A stretch of DNA of 64,000 nucleotides from Camelus dromedarius (lineage: Eukaryota). Below are positions 26,425 through 39,000 of this stretch, in pieces. A program made the translations under genes and the position numbers. Each line of letters begins with the position of its first letter. Position 1 is the first letter of the stretch. The notes under the pieces are model-generated. The model was not told the origin of the DNA. It was given only the letters and a program-made list of their open reading frames with translations, and made no database searches. The stretch is from contig NC_087437.1 of NCBI RefSeq assembly GCF_036321535.1, positions 32,676,001 through 32,740,000 on the forward strand, read 5' to 3'.

Positions 26425-28934
26425 CTTTTTTTTTTTTAACTGCACATATATTTTTAAATTTACATATATGTACTGTTCATTGTTTCTAAGAACATTTAGA
26501 GCATTAGCTTTTTAAACTTACATAGTTATCAAAGGATTAAAGCCATCCACAAAATAAGAATTAATTCAGAAAGATACATACACCCTGCTATTAACAGCAA
26601 CCTTATTTATAATTGCCAAGATATAAAAGCATCCTAAATTCACATCAATAAATAATGAAGATGCAGCATATATCTATATCTATATATGTATTACATATAT
26701 GTATATGTAATGGAATACAACTCACCCATAAGAAAGAAGGATATTCATTCACTTTTTTTTTCCACTTCAAAGACCAGAATTTTATAACCAGCATAAATAT
26801 TTCCATTACATCAAAAACAACAAAATACCCAGAAATAAACCTAACCAAGGAGGTTACCTATACTCCAAAAACCAAAATGACAGAAAGAAATGGAAAGATT
26901 TCTTGTGCTCTTGGATTGGAAGAGTCAACACTATCAAAATGGCTACACTACCCAAAGCAATCCAAGATCCAATGCCACCCGTGTCAAAATACCCATGATA
27001 TTCCTCACAGAACTAGAATAAACAATTCCAGAATTCACAAGGAACCACAAAAGACCTTGAACAGCCAAAGCAATCTTTCATAGGTCTTTTTTCTCTCTCT
27101 CTCTTTCTTTCTTCTTTTTGTTCTCATTCCTTATGGTTTGATGACTAGAGAAGGTCCTTTAACATTTGTTGTAAAGCTGGTTTGGTGATGCTGAAATCTT
27201 TCAGCTTTTGTCTGTCTGTAAAGCTTTTGATTTCTCCATCAAGTCTGAATGAGAGCCTTGCTGGGTAGAGTATTCTTGGTTGTAAGTTTTCCCCTTTCAT
27301 CACATTAAATATATTATGCCACTCCCTTCTGGCCTGTATAGTTTCTGCTGAAAAATCAGCTGGTAACCTTATGGGAGTTCCCTTGTGTGCTATTTGTTGC
27401 TTTTCTCTTGCTAATTTTAATATTTTCTCCTTATCCTTAATTTTGTAAATTTGATGACTATGTGCCTTGGTGTGTTCCTCTTTGGGTTGATCCTGTGTGG
27501 TACTCTCTGTGCTTCCTGGACTTGGGTAACTATTTCCTTTCCCAGGTTGGGGAAGTTTTCAGTGATTATCTCTCCAAAAATTTTCTCAGGTCCTTTCTCT
27601 CTCTCTCTCCTCTTTCTGGGACCCCTATAATGTGAATATTAGTGTACTTCATGTTGTCCCAGAGTTCTCTTAAACTATCCTCATTTCTTTTCATTCTTTT
27701 TTTCTGTTTTCTGTTCTGCAGTAGTGATTTCCACTAATCTGTCTTCTAGCTCACTGATCCATCCTTCTGCCTCATTTAGTTTGTTCTTGATTCCTTCTAG
27801 TGTGTTATTCATTACAGTGATTTTATTTTTCAACTCTGTTTGGATATTCTTTATATTTTCCAACTCTTCACTAAAATCTTCCTCTTGAGTTCTCTGAATG
27901 TCTTCACCCTCATTACTTTAAACTCTTTCTTGGATAATTTTCCCATCTCATCACTTATTTCTTCTTCTGGGATTTTATCTTGTGCCCTGGCCTGGGAGAT
28001 ACTCCTTTGCTGCCTCATATCATCTATCTTTCTATGTGTTTGTGGATTCCTTCCCCAGGCTTTGGGATCATTGTTTTCTTATTTCTAGTATCTGCCTCTG
28101 GTGGGTGAGGCTGGGCTAGAGGCTTATGCAGGTTTCCTGGCAGGAGAAGCCAGGTGCCTGCGCACTGCTGGGTGAAGCTTGGTCTTGGACCTCTGGTGGG
28201 TAGGGACATGTCTAGAGGCCTTTGTGGCTTAGGAAGTCTGCCGATGGGTGGGGCTGTGTTCCCACCCTGTGTGTTGTTTGGCCTGAGGCTTCCCTACAGG
28301 CTGTTGGGTGCAGCTAGGTCTTGGCATCCAATCAAGATGTCAGCCTCCAGGAAAGCTCATGTAGATGAACACTCCCGGAATTTTCGCCGCCAGCTTTATG
28401 ACCCCTGGGTGAGCTGCAGCTGTACCCCACCTCCCCAGGAGACCCTCCAAATCCAGCAGACAGGCTTGGCCAAGGTTCCTTTGAAGTCATTGCCTCTACC
28501 CTTGGACCTGGCACATGCGAGTTTCCACGTATGCTTCCCAAGTGAATGGAGTCTGCGTTTCCCCCAGTCTCATGGGGCTCCCAGAGCCAAGCCCCGCTGA
28601 CCTTCAAAACCAGATGTCCTGGGGTCTCCTTCTCCCAATGCTGGAACCCAGGCTGGGGAGCCTGACATGGGGCTTAGAGCTCTCACTTCTGTGGGAGGGC
28701 CTCTGTGACAACTATTCTTCAGCTGGCAGGTCGCCCACCCTGGGGGTAGGGGGGCCCAATTATATTGTGAGCATGCCCCTCCTACTTCCTGCTGTGGTTC
28801 CCTCTTTATGTTTCCAGTTGCAGAAGATCCTTTTTGCCAGGTTCCAGTCTTTTTTATCAATGGTTGTTTAGCATTCAGTTGTGGTTTTGTTGTGTTGCTA
28901 GGAGAGGCAAGCTCCTCCATTTTGGCTGGAAATC
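26425..28934 (-). mobile_element. ORF1-only L1 derivative (HAL1-like): 5'UTR, decayed ORF1 (~27145-28018), short spacer, inverted ORF2 scraps, poly(A)
   Basis: 5' end ccagccaaaatggagg. ORF1 runs MRQQRSISQ... through ...KPALQQMLKDLL*, with frameshifts. No co-oriented ORF2 follows. Confidence 0.7.
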
Positions 28935-30023
28935 TTTGAGAAATGAATTCTTAGTTTCAATGATTTTTAAATTGTTTTTCTATATTTTATTACAATAGTT
29001 CTTCTCTAATTATTATTAATCACTTTCTTCTGCTAAGTCTTCATGAGGTTTGTTCTTTTTCTAGTTCTTTGAGATGTAAAGTTAGGTTGTTGGTTTGAGA
29101 CCTTTGGCCTTTTTTTAGTATAGGCATTTCCTGCTATAAATTACCATCTTAGGACCATTTTTGTTGCAACCTGCATGTTATGTTTTCATTTTCATTTGTC
29201 TCAACGTATTTTTCTAATTTCCCTAGTGATTTCTCCTTTGACCTATTGGTTTTTTTCAAAAGTATGTTGTTTAATTTTTACGCATTTATGAATTTTCCAG
29301 TTTTTCTGCTGCTCTTGATTCCTAGTTTCATTTCATTGTGGTCAGAAAAGTTACTTCATATGATTTTAGTTTTTTTTTAAATTTGTTGAGACTTATTTGT
29401 GACCTATCATGTGATCTATCTTGAAGAATGTTCCATGTGCATGTGAGAAGAATATATATTCTGTTGCTGTTGGGTGGAGTGTTTTGTATATGTCTGTTAG
29501 GTTCAGTTATCTACAGTGTTGTTCAAGTCCTCTGTTTACTTATACGTATTCTGTCTAATTGTTGTATTCATTGTTGAAAGTGGAGTATTGAAATCTCCTA
29601 TTATTACTGTGTTACTCTCTATTTTTCCTTTCAATTCTGTCATTGTTTGCTTCATATATTTGAATACTCTGTTAGTAGGTGTATGTATATTTATAACTGT
29701 TTTATCTTCCTGGTGAATTGAGCCTTTTATTATTACATAATGTCTTTTTTTGTCTCTTATGATACTTTTTGACTTAAAATCTAGTTTATCTGCTGTAAAT
29801 AGGTCTACCCCTACTCTCTTTTGGTTACCATTTGCATGGAATATCTTTTTCCATTCTTTTACTTTTAGCCAATTACTTTATTTACACCTAAAGTGAGTCT
29901 CTTATAGACTGCATGTAATTGCATCTTTTATTTGTTTATTTATTTATAAAATTTTTTATTGAAGTGTAGTTTATTTACAATGTTAGTTTCAGGCATATAA
30001 CAAAGTGATTCAGTTGTAAATAT

Positions 30024-30027
<4 letters not shown>

Positions 30028-30070
<43 letters not shown>
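30028..30070. repeat. (TA)n microsatellite within a short L1 3' tail fragment (~29936-30147)
   Basis: Direct tandem run. Confidence 0.95.
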
Positions 30071-30074
<4 letters not shown>

Positions 30075-33000
30075 AATTTTCTTTTTAGATTCCTTTCCAT
30101 TATATTTTATTATAAGAAATTGAATATAGTTCACTGTGCTATACAGTAATTTGCATATTGCTTTTTATCAATCCATTTAGGCAGCCTGTCTTTTTTTTTT
30201 TTAACATGGAAACTCTTTGGAGTTGTTTTTTATAGTAGTGAGCCTGTCCTGTTTAAAATGTACTTTGGATGAGATGTACTGACTTAGCATTCAGACTTAG
30301 AAAGTCCAGAAGGCAGAGGTTGGGTGGATACATGGCTCAGTTTGGAAAATCAACCTGTCTTTTGATTGAAGAATTTAAGTTATTTACATGTAAAGTAATA
30401 ATTAACATGAAAAGACTATTGCCATTTTGTCAGTTTTTTTGGATCTTGCAGCTGTTTTGTCTCTCTTCTTCTCTTGCTGCCTTCCTTTGTGTTTTGCTCA
30501 TTTTTTATATTAATGTGCTTTTATTCCTTTCTTCCTTTTGTTTATCTTCTATAGTTATTTTCTTTGTGGCTATCATGGGTTTTACATAAAATATGTTATA
30601 ATTAAAAAAAGTGTTTTAAACTGACAACTTAATTTCAATCATATACGAAAAAACCTACTGTTTCACATCTGCTCACCCACCAAAATCACATCTTTATTAT
30701 ATTATGTATCTATTAGCATTTTTATAGCTATAGTTATATATTTTTTAAAGACCCTATCTTTCTAGTAGTTTTAGGTTCATAGCAAAACCAGAGGGAGGTA
30801 TAGAGATTCCCCATGTATCCTCTGCACCTACACATTCATAACCTCTCCTATTATCAACATCCTCCACACCAAGAGTGGTACATTTGTTTCAATTAATGAA
30901 CCTACATTGACACACTAATTATCCAAAGTCTATAGTTTGCATTAGGGCTCACTCTTGGTGTCCTATAATCTGAGTTTAGACAAGTATATAATAACATGTA
31001 TCCATCATTATAGTTTCATATAGAGTAATTTTGGTACTGTAAGTATCCTCTGTGCTCTGCCAGTTTATTTTCCCTCATCCCTCCACCCTCTGGCAACCAC
31101 TGATCTTTCTACTGTCTCCATAGTTTTGCCCTTTTCAGAATGTTGTATAGTTAGACTCATACAGTGTGTGTAGCCTTTTCAGACTGGCTTCTTTCACTTA
31201 GTAATATGCGGGTTCCTCAATGTCTTTCATGGTTTGATAGCTCATTTCTTTTTAGCCCTGTGCAATATTCCATTTGCTGGGCGTACCACATACTACATTG
31301 TCTGGATGTATTTATTCACCTTCTGAAGGACATTTTGATTGCTTCCAGGTTTCAGCCATTATGAATAAAGCTGTTGTAAACACCTGTGTGTACATTTTTG
31401 TGTGGACATAAGTTTTCAACTTTGGTTAAATACCAGGGAGTGGAATTGCTGGATCATATGGTAAGAGTATGTTTAGCTTTGTAAAAAACTGCCAGACTGT
31501 TATCCAAAGCAGGTGTACCATTTTGCATTCCCAACAGCAATGAATGAAAGTTCCTGTTGCTCCATATCCTTACCAGCATTTTGGTGTTGCCAGTGTTCTA
31601 GGCTTTGACCATTTGGACAGGTTTTTACTGGTTGTTATTGTTATTTTATTTTGTCATTATTATTTTAATTTGCATTTCCCTGATGACGTATGATGTGGAA
31701 CATCTTTTCATATGCTTATTTGCCATCTGTATATCTTCTTTGGTGAGTTGTGTCTTAAGGTCTTTGGCCCTATTTTAGTTGGCCTGTTTGTTTTCTTATT
31801 CTTGAGTTTTATGAGTTCTTTATCTTTTTTAGTTAAGTCCTTTATCAGGTGTGTCTTTTGCAAATATTTTCTCTCAGTCTGTGGCTTGTTGTTTTATTCT
31901 CTTGATGTTGTCCTTCACAGTGCAGAATTTTTTGTTATCAGGCTGATATTGTTAAGGGGAAAGGATGTGAAATTTTCAAACTACATTTTATAAATAATTT
32001 CAAAATCCTTAAATTATTCAAAATATTTTCATTGTTTAAAAAATTATTTTCTTGTGATTAGTTTTAAGGTCTACTCTCTTTGCAACTTTTCAAATATGCA
32101 ATGCAGGATATTAATTATGGTCACCATTACATCCTGATGATTTAATTATTTTATAACCAAAAATTTGTACCTTTTGACCTCCTTTACCCATTTTTAAGAA
32201 GTTTTAAATTTTAGTGATGCCTAGCTTATCAATTATTTCTTTTGTGGACCCTGCCTTTGATGTTGTATCTAAGAAGTACTGCCATATTTAAGAGCATCTA
32301 GATATTCTCCTGTGCTATTTTATAGGAGTTCTGTAGTTCTGTGTTTTTAATTTAGGTCTGTGATCCATGTTGAGTTAACTTTTGTGAAAGGTAAAAGGTC
32401 AGTGTCTGAGTTCATTTTTATGCCTGTGGGTGTTTAGCTGTTCCACAACCAATTGTTGAAAAGGGTATCTTTGCTTCATTGTATTACTTTTGCTTCTTTG
32501 TCAAAGATCAGCAGACTGTATTATGTGGGTCTGGGCTTTCTGTTCTGTTCCACTGGTTTATTTGTATATTCTTTTGCCAATACCATATGTCTTATTTACT
32601 ATAGTTTTCCAGTAAGCCTTGGAGTCGAGTAATGTCTGTCCTCCAACTTTAATCTCTTCCTTCAATGTTGTGTAGGCTATTCTGTTTTTTTGGTTTTTTT
32701 TTGCCTATTCATATACACTTTAGAATCAGTTTGTTGATATTCTCAAAATAACTTGCTGGGATGTTAATTGGGATTGCACTGAATCTAGAGATCAAGTTGG
32801 GAAGAATCATCATCTTGACAGTGTTAAGTCTTAAAATCCATGAAAGTATAATATCTCTTTATTTAGTTCTTTGATTTTGTTCATCAGAGTTTCATGATTT
32901 TTCTCAAATAAATATACTTTGTATATACTTTGTTTGATTTATACCTAAGTAGTTCACTTTTTTCAGTGTTAATGTAAATGGTATTGTGTTTTAAGTTCCA

Positions 33001-36000
33001 CTTGTTTATTGCTGGTAAATAAGAAACATTTATTTTCTGTTAATTTCAAATTTAAAGAAAACTTACAAGTGTAGTACAGAGAACTCCTGTATACCTTTTA
33101 CATATCTTCTCCAGTTGTTGAGTTTTTGTTAAATAGTTGCATCTTTGTATAATGTGTAACCATTGACATAGTTTTACAGTTAGAATTGTTTTTTATACTT
33201 TTGTCTTTTAAATTCTGTACCAGAATTAAAAGTGCTTTACCTGTCACCATTACAATATTATAGTATTCTGTATTTGCTTATATATGCCAGTGAGCTTTAT
33301 ATTTTTGCATGCTTTTGTGTTGCTGTCTAGTGATGAACATTTTACTTGGAGGTATTCCCTGCAGGTCCAGTGATGATCAACTCCCTCAGCTTATATCTGG
33401 GAAAATACTTCTTGTTCAGTTTTTTTTTTTTTAGCTTTAAAATGTTAATTTTTTAATACTAGGGTGTCATCTATTTTAGTTTAATGTTAACCTAATAGTA
33501 AATTCTTGTTTAGTTTTGAAGGGTTGTTTTGTTGGCTATAGTATTCTTGGTTGGCAGGTTTTTGGTTTTTTTTGTTTTCTATTTTTTGGTGGAGGGGTAA
33601 GGGTTTTGTGTTTTGTAGCATTTTGAATATATCACCTTACTCCCCTATGGCCTGTAACATTTCTTTTGAGAAATCCACTGGTAGTCTTAGGAAGCACCCT
33701 TGTACACTCTTCTTGCTTTCAAAATTCTCTTTGTCTCAGACTTTTGACTGTTTATTTAAAATCAATCTTAGTGTAGGCCTCTTCAGTTTCATCATGATTG
33801 GAGTCTTTTGAGCTTCATTTTCTTCCTCATATTTGGGAAGTTTTCATCCATTAATTCTTCAAATAAGTTCTCTGTCCCTCTCTTTTTATTCTGAAACTTT
33901 CATAATGCATATATTGGTTGGGTTGTTTGGGTCACATAATTTCCTTATACTTTTCCCCTCTTTTCTCATGGGTTTTTTGTTTTGTTCTTCTGACTCAGTA
34001 ATTTCAAAGTACCTTTCTTTGAGTTCACCGATTCTTTGTTTTGCTTGGTCAAGTCTGCTGTCGACCCCTCTAGTGAATTTTTTAGTGCAGTTATTGTTTT
34101 CCTCAGCTCCAGCATTTCTGTTTGTTTCTTTTCTATTGTCTCTCTCTGTTGATATTTTCATTTTATGCATGCACTGTTTTCTGATTTCATTTAGGTGGAC
34201 ATTTGTGTTCTCTTATGTATCATTGAACTTCTTTAAGACAATTATTTTGAATTCTTGTCAGGTAATTCATAGATCTCCGTTTCTTTTGATTTGGTTTCTA
34301 TAGATTTGTTACTTTGGTAGGTCTTGTTTCCCTTTTTCTTCATGTGCTTTGTAATATTTTGCTGATTTTTATATATTTAAAAAAACTGCCATCTCTCCCG
34401 GTCTTTAGGAACTGGCTTTGTACAGGGAAATACCCTCCTCAATCAGTCTAGCTAGAGATTTTGGGGGCTTCTGAAACCTTTTTCTGTAGGTTGCACTTTC
34501 TCTAGACTTGTGCATGTAATTTCCCACTTTCAAGTTTGTTGACTTTTTTTTTTCAGTGCTTTTTATGCCTTTCTCCTTTTGCTGTTTGTGTAATTTAGAT
34601 TCTCTGCTGCTACAGCAGTAAGCAGCCCCATTCTCCTTTGTTGTCAGTAGCTGCCAGGCATCCAAAGTATGCCAACTCTCTGTCAGCACTCTGAATCAGG
34701 CAAGACATACATACTTTTCCCTCAGGCAAGTCTCTGAAAATCTGGAACAGTGGATGCTTGCTCCACTTTTCTCCCTCTTTCCCAAGGTAGAAATTTCAAG
34801 TTAGGCACTTTCTTGTAGTTGCACTGAGACATGTTGGCCACTTTTTGCTGCATCACAAGTTCTCTGGTTCTCCAGCAAGCCACTGCTTCTCTCTCTTGCT
34901 TTCAGCAGTCTTCAATTATCTATACTATCCTAGTTTCATTACCATTCAGAATCAGCAAAGACTGAAAGCAGCCCCTTGGGTAGCTTTATGAAAAGCTGAA
35001 ATGTTGAATGTATGTTCCATTTTTCTCTACCTCCATACTCTCCAAAGGAGAAGCCACTGGCCAGTCTGAGCTGTACTTGGGGTGGGGATGTTGTGAGTAA
35101 AGTAATGACTCTTCTTACCTGTTTCAATGTAGCTGTTACTGATTTTGCATTCACCTGCGGTACAACTTTATTGGTTTCTTGAGTTATTCTGTCTGTATAT
35201 TATTTTTATGTTGTTGTCTCTGTAAGGTGAGCAAAGGATGGGACTTCCTATTCTGCCATCCTGCTGACATCATTCTCAAGTTACTTTTGTGTATTGTGTG
35301 AAATATAGGTCCATCCTTTCCCCCGTGTGGTGGTCTAGCACCATTTTAAAAAAAGAGTTTGATTTTCCAATGGGGTAATTTTGGTGCCTTTGTCAAACAC
35401 CAGTTGATTGTATGAAAGTGATTCTAGTGGTTCAGTGGTCCATTTGTTTTCACTGATCTGTTTTTACTCTAGTACCCCATTATCTTTTTTTATATTCATT
35501 TCCCTATTTTATTCAAAGCATTTATCACTATTTGTAATTATCATTCTTCTATATTTAAAGGAATTTATTCATGCCATTATTGTGCTCCATCATCTTGATT
35601 ACTGTAAATTTATGATAAGTCTTGAAATGAGGTATTATTTTTTCTATTTCTATATGAATTTTACAATTACCTTGGCAATTTTTTCAAATGATTCTGCTGG
35701 GATTTTTTTATTGGGAGCTAACTAAATAAATAGAATAGGAGAATTGACATCATAACACTCTATGAACACGGTATATCTTTCCACTATTTGGACTTACTTT
35801 ATTTCTCCTAACAATGTTTTGTAGTTTTCACTGTAGCACTCCTGCACATCTTTTGTTACATTTATTTAAAATTTTTTTGATATTGTTGAAAATGAATTAT
35901 TTTAAAATTTCATTTTCTAATAATTTGCTGCCAATATATAGAAACATAATTGACTATATGTTATATATTTTGAACACTATGTAATTTAATATATTTTTGT

Positions 36001-39000
36001 ATATTTATTTCAGATCTCATAACTTTGCTATTCTTATTAGTTCTGATAGATATTTTCAGTATGTCTAAGCATTTTTTTGAAAACAAGCATTGAGACAGTT
36101 TTACCTTCAAACTGTATGCCATTTTTTCAGTTCTCATGACTCATTGTATTTACTAGGATTTCTAGTTCAGTATTGAAGAAAAGTGGTGAGATTGGGCATT
36201 CTTGCCGTTTTCCTTATTTTAGGAGGAAAGGATTCAGTCTTTTTACCTTCAAATTTGATGTTAGCTGTAGTTTCTTTGTGACTACCATTTATAAAACTAA
36301 AGAAGAGCCTTCTATATTGTTTGCTAAGAACGTTTTAAGCAACAGTGGGTATTGATTTTTGTCAAATGCTTTTTCTCATCTATTGAAATGATTATGGTTT
36401 ATTTTTGATACATTTTCTTTTTTTTGTTTTTGTTTATCTCTTGATTTGTTTTATAACTTTGCTAGTCATTTCTATGTATTGAAAGTTCCACAGTCAGCTT
36501 GATTTTTTTTTTATTGTTTCACATGGAGCTAAAATAATGCTATGTATTATACCATATCCAAAAGACCCATTGAGTGTGCTGGCAGTCAAGATTTTACAGA
36601 TATAGTCATGAAGCAGGCATTCCCAGACAAGTATTTTCTTGTATTGTTGACTATCTGGGCTCATTGGCATGAATTTTTTTTTTAATAGAGATATATTTTG
36701 ATTTTTATTCCAGGAGTTAAATTGAAGACTTTTCATGTAACGTGAGGGTAATCATTGACTCAGGTGATTTCTTAAATTGTGCATCTTCTTAGTACATATA
36801 TATGTATGAACATAATATATTCTCAGAAACTTAAAACAGTAATAATACTTTAAAATTTCTTTATTGATGTTAGATTTTTCTGTAGTAATTATAAATCTAT
36901 TTATAAAATTGCTAGTATTTATATCACTTATATAGTGGTTTTGTGTATATGCTATTTTGTTATATTTTGTAAACACAAGGAATGGCATTTGAAATCAGCC
37001 ATTCCATTAATGAATAATTTTGTTTCATTTCCTGTGTTTCTCCTTCATGCTGCAAATATGTCTTTGTACATAGATATAGACACATTCTTCTATCTCTAAA
37101 CCTGGGAGAGAGAGCATAAATTTGAAGAAATAAATGAATTCTAAAATATATTCCTTCTTGTTCTATAAAGTATAATGTTTTAATTGCCCTATCTCTGTGT
37201 TTCTTTTCCCTTCAATGCTATATGTGTTTCTCTACAAAAGAAGCATTTAGACTATGTGGGATGATAAGACAAACACACCCCATGTGTGCATATATACGCA
37301 CACTCACATATGCAGTCATTACACACACATGGGAGACAAAGACTGAATGAGACATTTTAAATCCACTAATTGTATCCTGTAGACTACAGGTGTGAGGGTG
37401 TTAGGAAAGAGGGTGATTATTATGTATTAGAGAAAATTATGAAAATTTTCATTAAAAATGTGGTATCACAGGTAGAAAAAGTAAGAAACATTTATTAATT
37501 GAAAGGAGAGTGTAACATAATTTCTGAAAATGCATTTATTTAATAAAATAGTGTATTGAAAGTACTTTGTAAACTTTAAGGGCCGGAAAAAAAACACGTT
37601 AGAGTTTTTAAGAAAAAGTTATTTTAATTATTATTTCTAAATACTGCGTACTACAATATACTTGTGAGTTTGCTTCTATTTTATTATATTAGTTTAAGAG
37701 ACTTAAAAACATATATTTAATTCTCATTTTCTCCTTACCTTGATTATCTTTTAAGGAACAAAGGATAGCATTTTCTGATGTTCTAACTTTTTCTGGTGTC
37801 CTTTTGTAAGTGAAAAGGTGAAAGATTGTACTTTTTTATAACAATGGGACAATTCATGTTATTTCCTCAACTTGAATAATGTTGAATTTTTAAATTAAAA
37901 ATTAGATTAGTTTCTTCTATAACTACTTCATATAAAAGTGATCTAACAGACAATCTTTGTTCGCATTATAAAATCTAAAGAGTAAGTATCTAGGAATCCC
38001 ACTTAATTCTTTACTGGGTGGTTTATCCTTTTCTTGTTTTTGTAATGTTTTCCTCCTTCTCATACACTACCTGCATTGCGTTGCTCTATTGAATTTTACA
38101 GGTATTTGCCTAATCAATGAATGAAATCAGAGCTCCATTAGAATTCATTTATTTGTAATCTTTTGATTTTCCATCAACCAAAATAAATCATTGGTGACTC
38201 CATTAGAAAAGTACTGACTGTACAAGCCCAGTATACTTAAGTTATCCTAGATGGAGACTTAAATGTGGATTTTGTAGTTGGAAATCCTGTGATCTTGAAA
38301 ATGAGTAAGAGTTTGACTTCTGGAATATATAGATATCCAGAAGCTAGAAGATGAGTTAAGATGAGAATCTGTTTAAGAACAGTATATGAGCTTTTTTTTT
38401 TTCTTTTACATTTATTGTTTTCTCATTTCCACTTTGATTTTTTTGGCGAAAATACTTAATATCTTTCATATACAAATATAATGTGAAAAACTAATTCCTT
38501 GTTTAAAGTTTAAACTGACCATGAGACAGTTGGTATAGTGTAAGTTAGGAAGCACTTCAATAAAAACATTTTAACATCTTATTATGAAAATTGTAGAAGT
38601 GACCCAAATAGTTAATTTTGTATTTTTATTTTATTCTTTTATTGACCCACTGATCTTTGTTTTGTCTTATATCTGAAAATAAGAACAAAACACGTACTTA
38701 TAGAGCAATTATTGTATTGAGGACATGTCTTAAAAGTCAAGAAGTGAAGCTGCTTGGTAATGCTATAAATTTAAAACTGTCCTACAGCAAGACAGTACGA
38801 TGCAAATATGACTTAATAAGATCACAAACTGAATTTCAGTGAAACAACCAAGATTTACATTAAATTAGGAATTTTAAAACTGATTTAGTTTGTTTTACTG
38901 AGCATTTGCTTAATAACATTTTGCCTTCTTGCAATCTTTTTAAAGACAATAATTCGTCTGTGAAATGCAGGCACATCCTCAGTAGAAAAATTGAAAGCAA

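Larger units (their letters stand above)
18400..36400 (-). mobile_element. Dense nested block of L1 fragments of several ages, almost all antisense to RSRC1
   Basis: Multiple L1 3'UTRs, ORF2 remnants ([34 protein letters not shown]) and ORF1 remnants (VDSRLDQAKQRIGELKERYFEITESEEQ). Confidence 0.9.
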
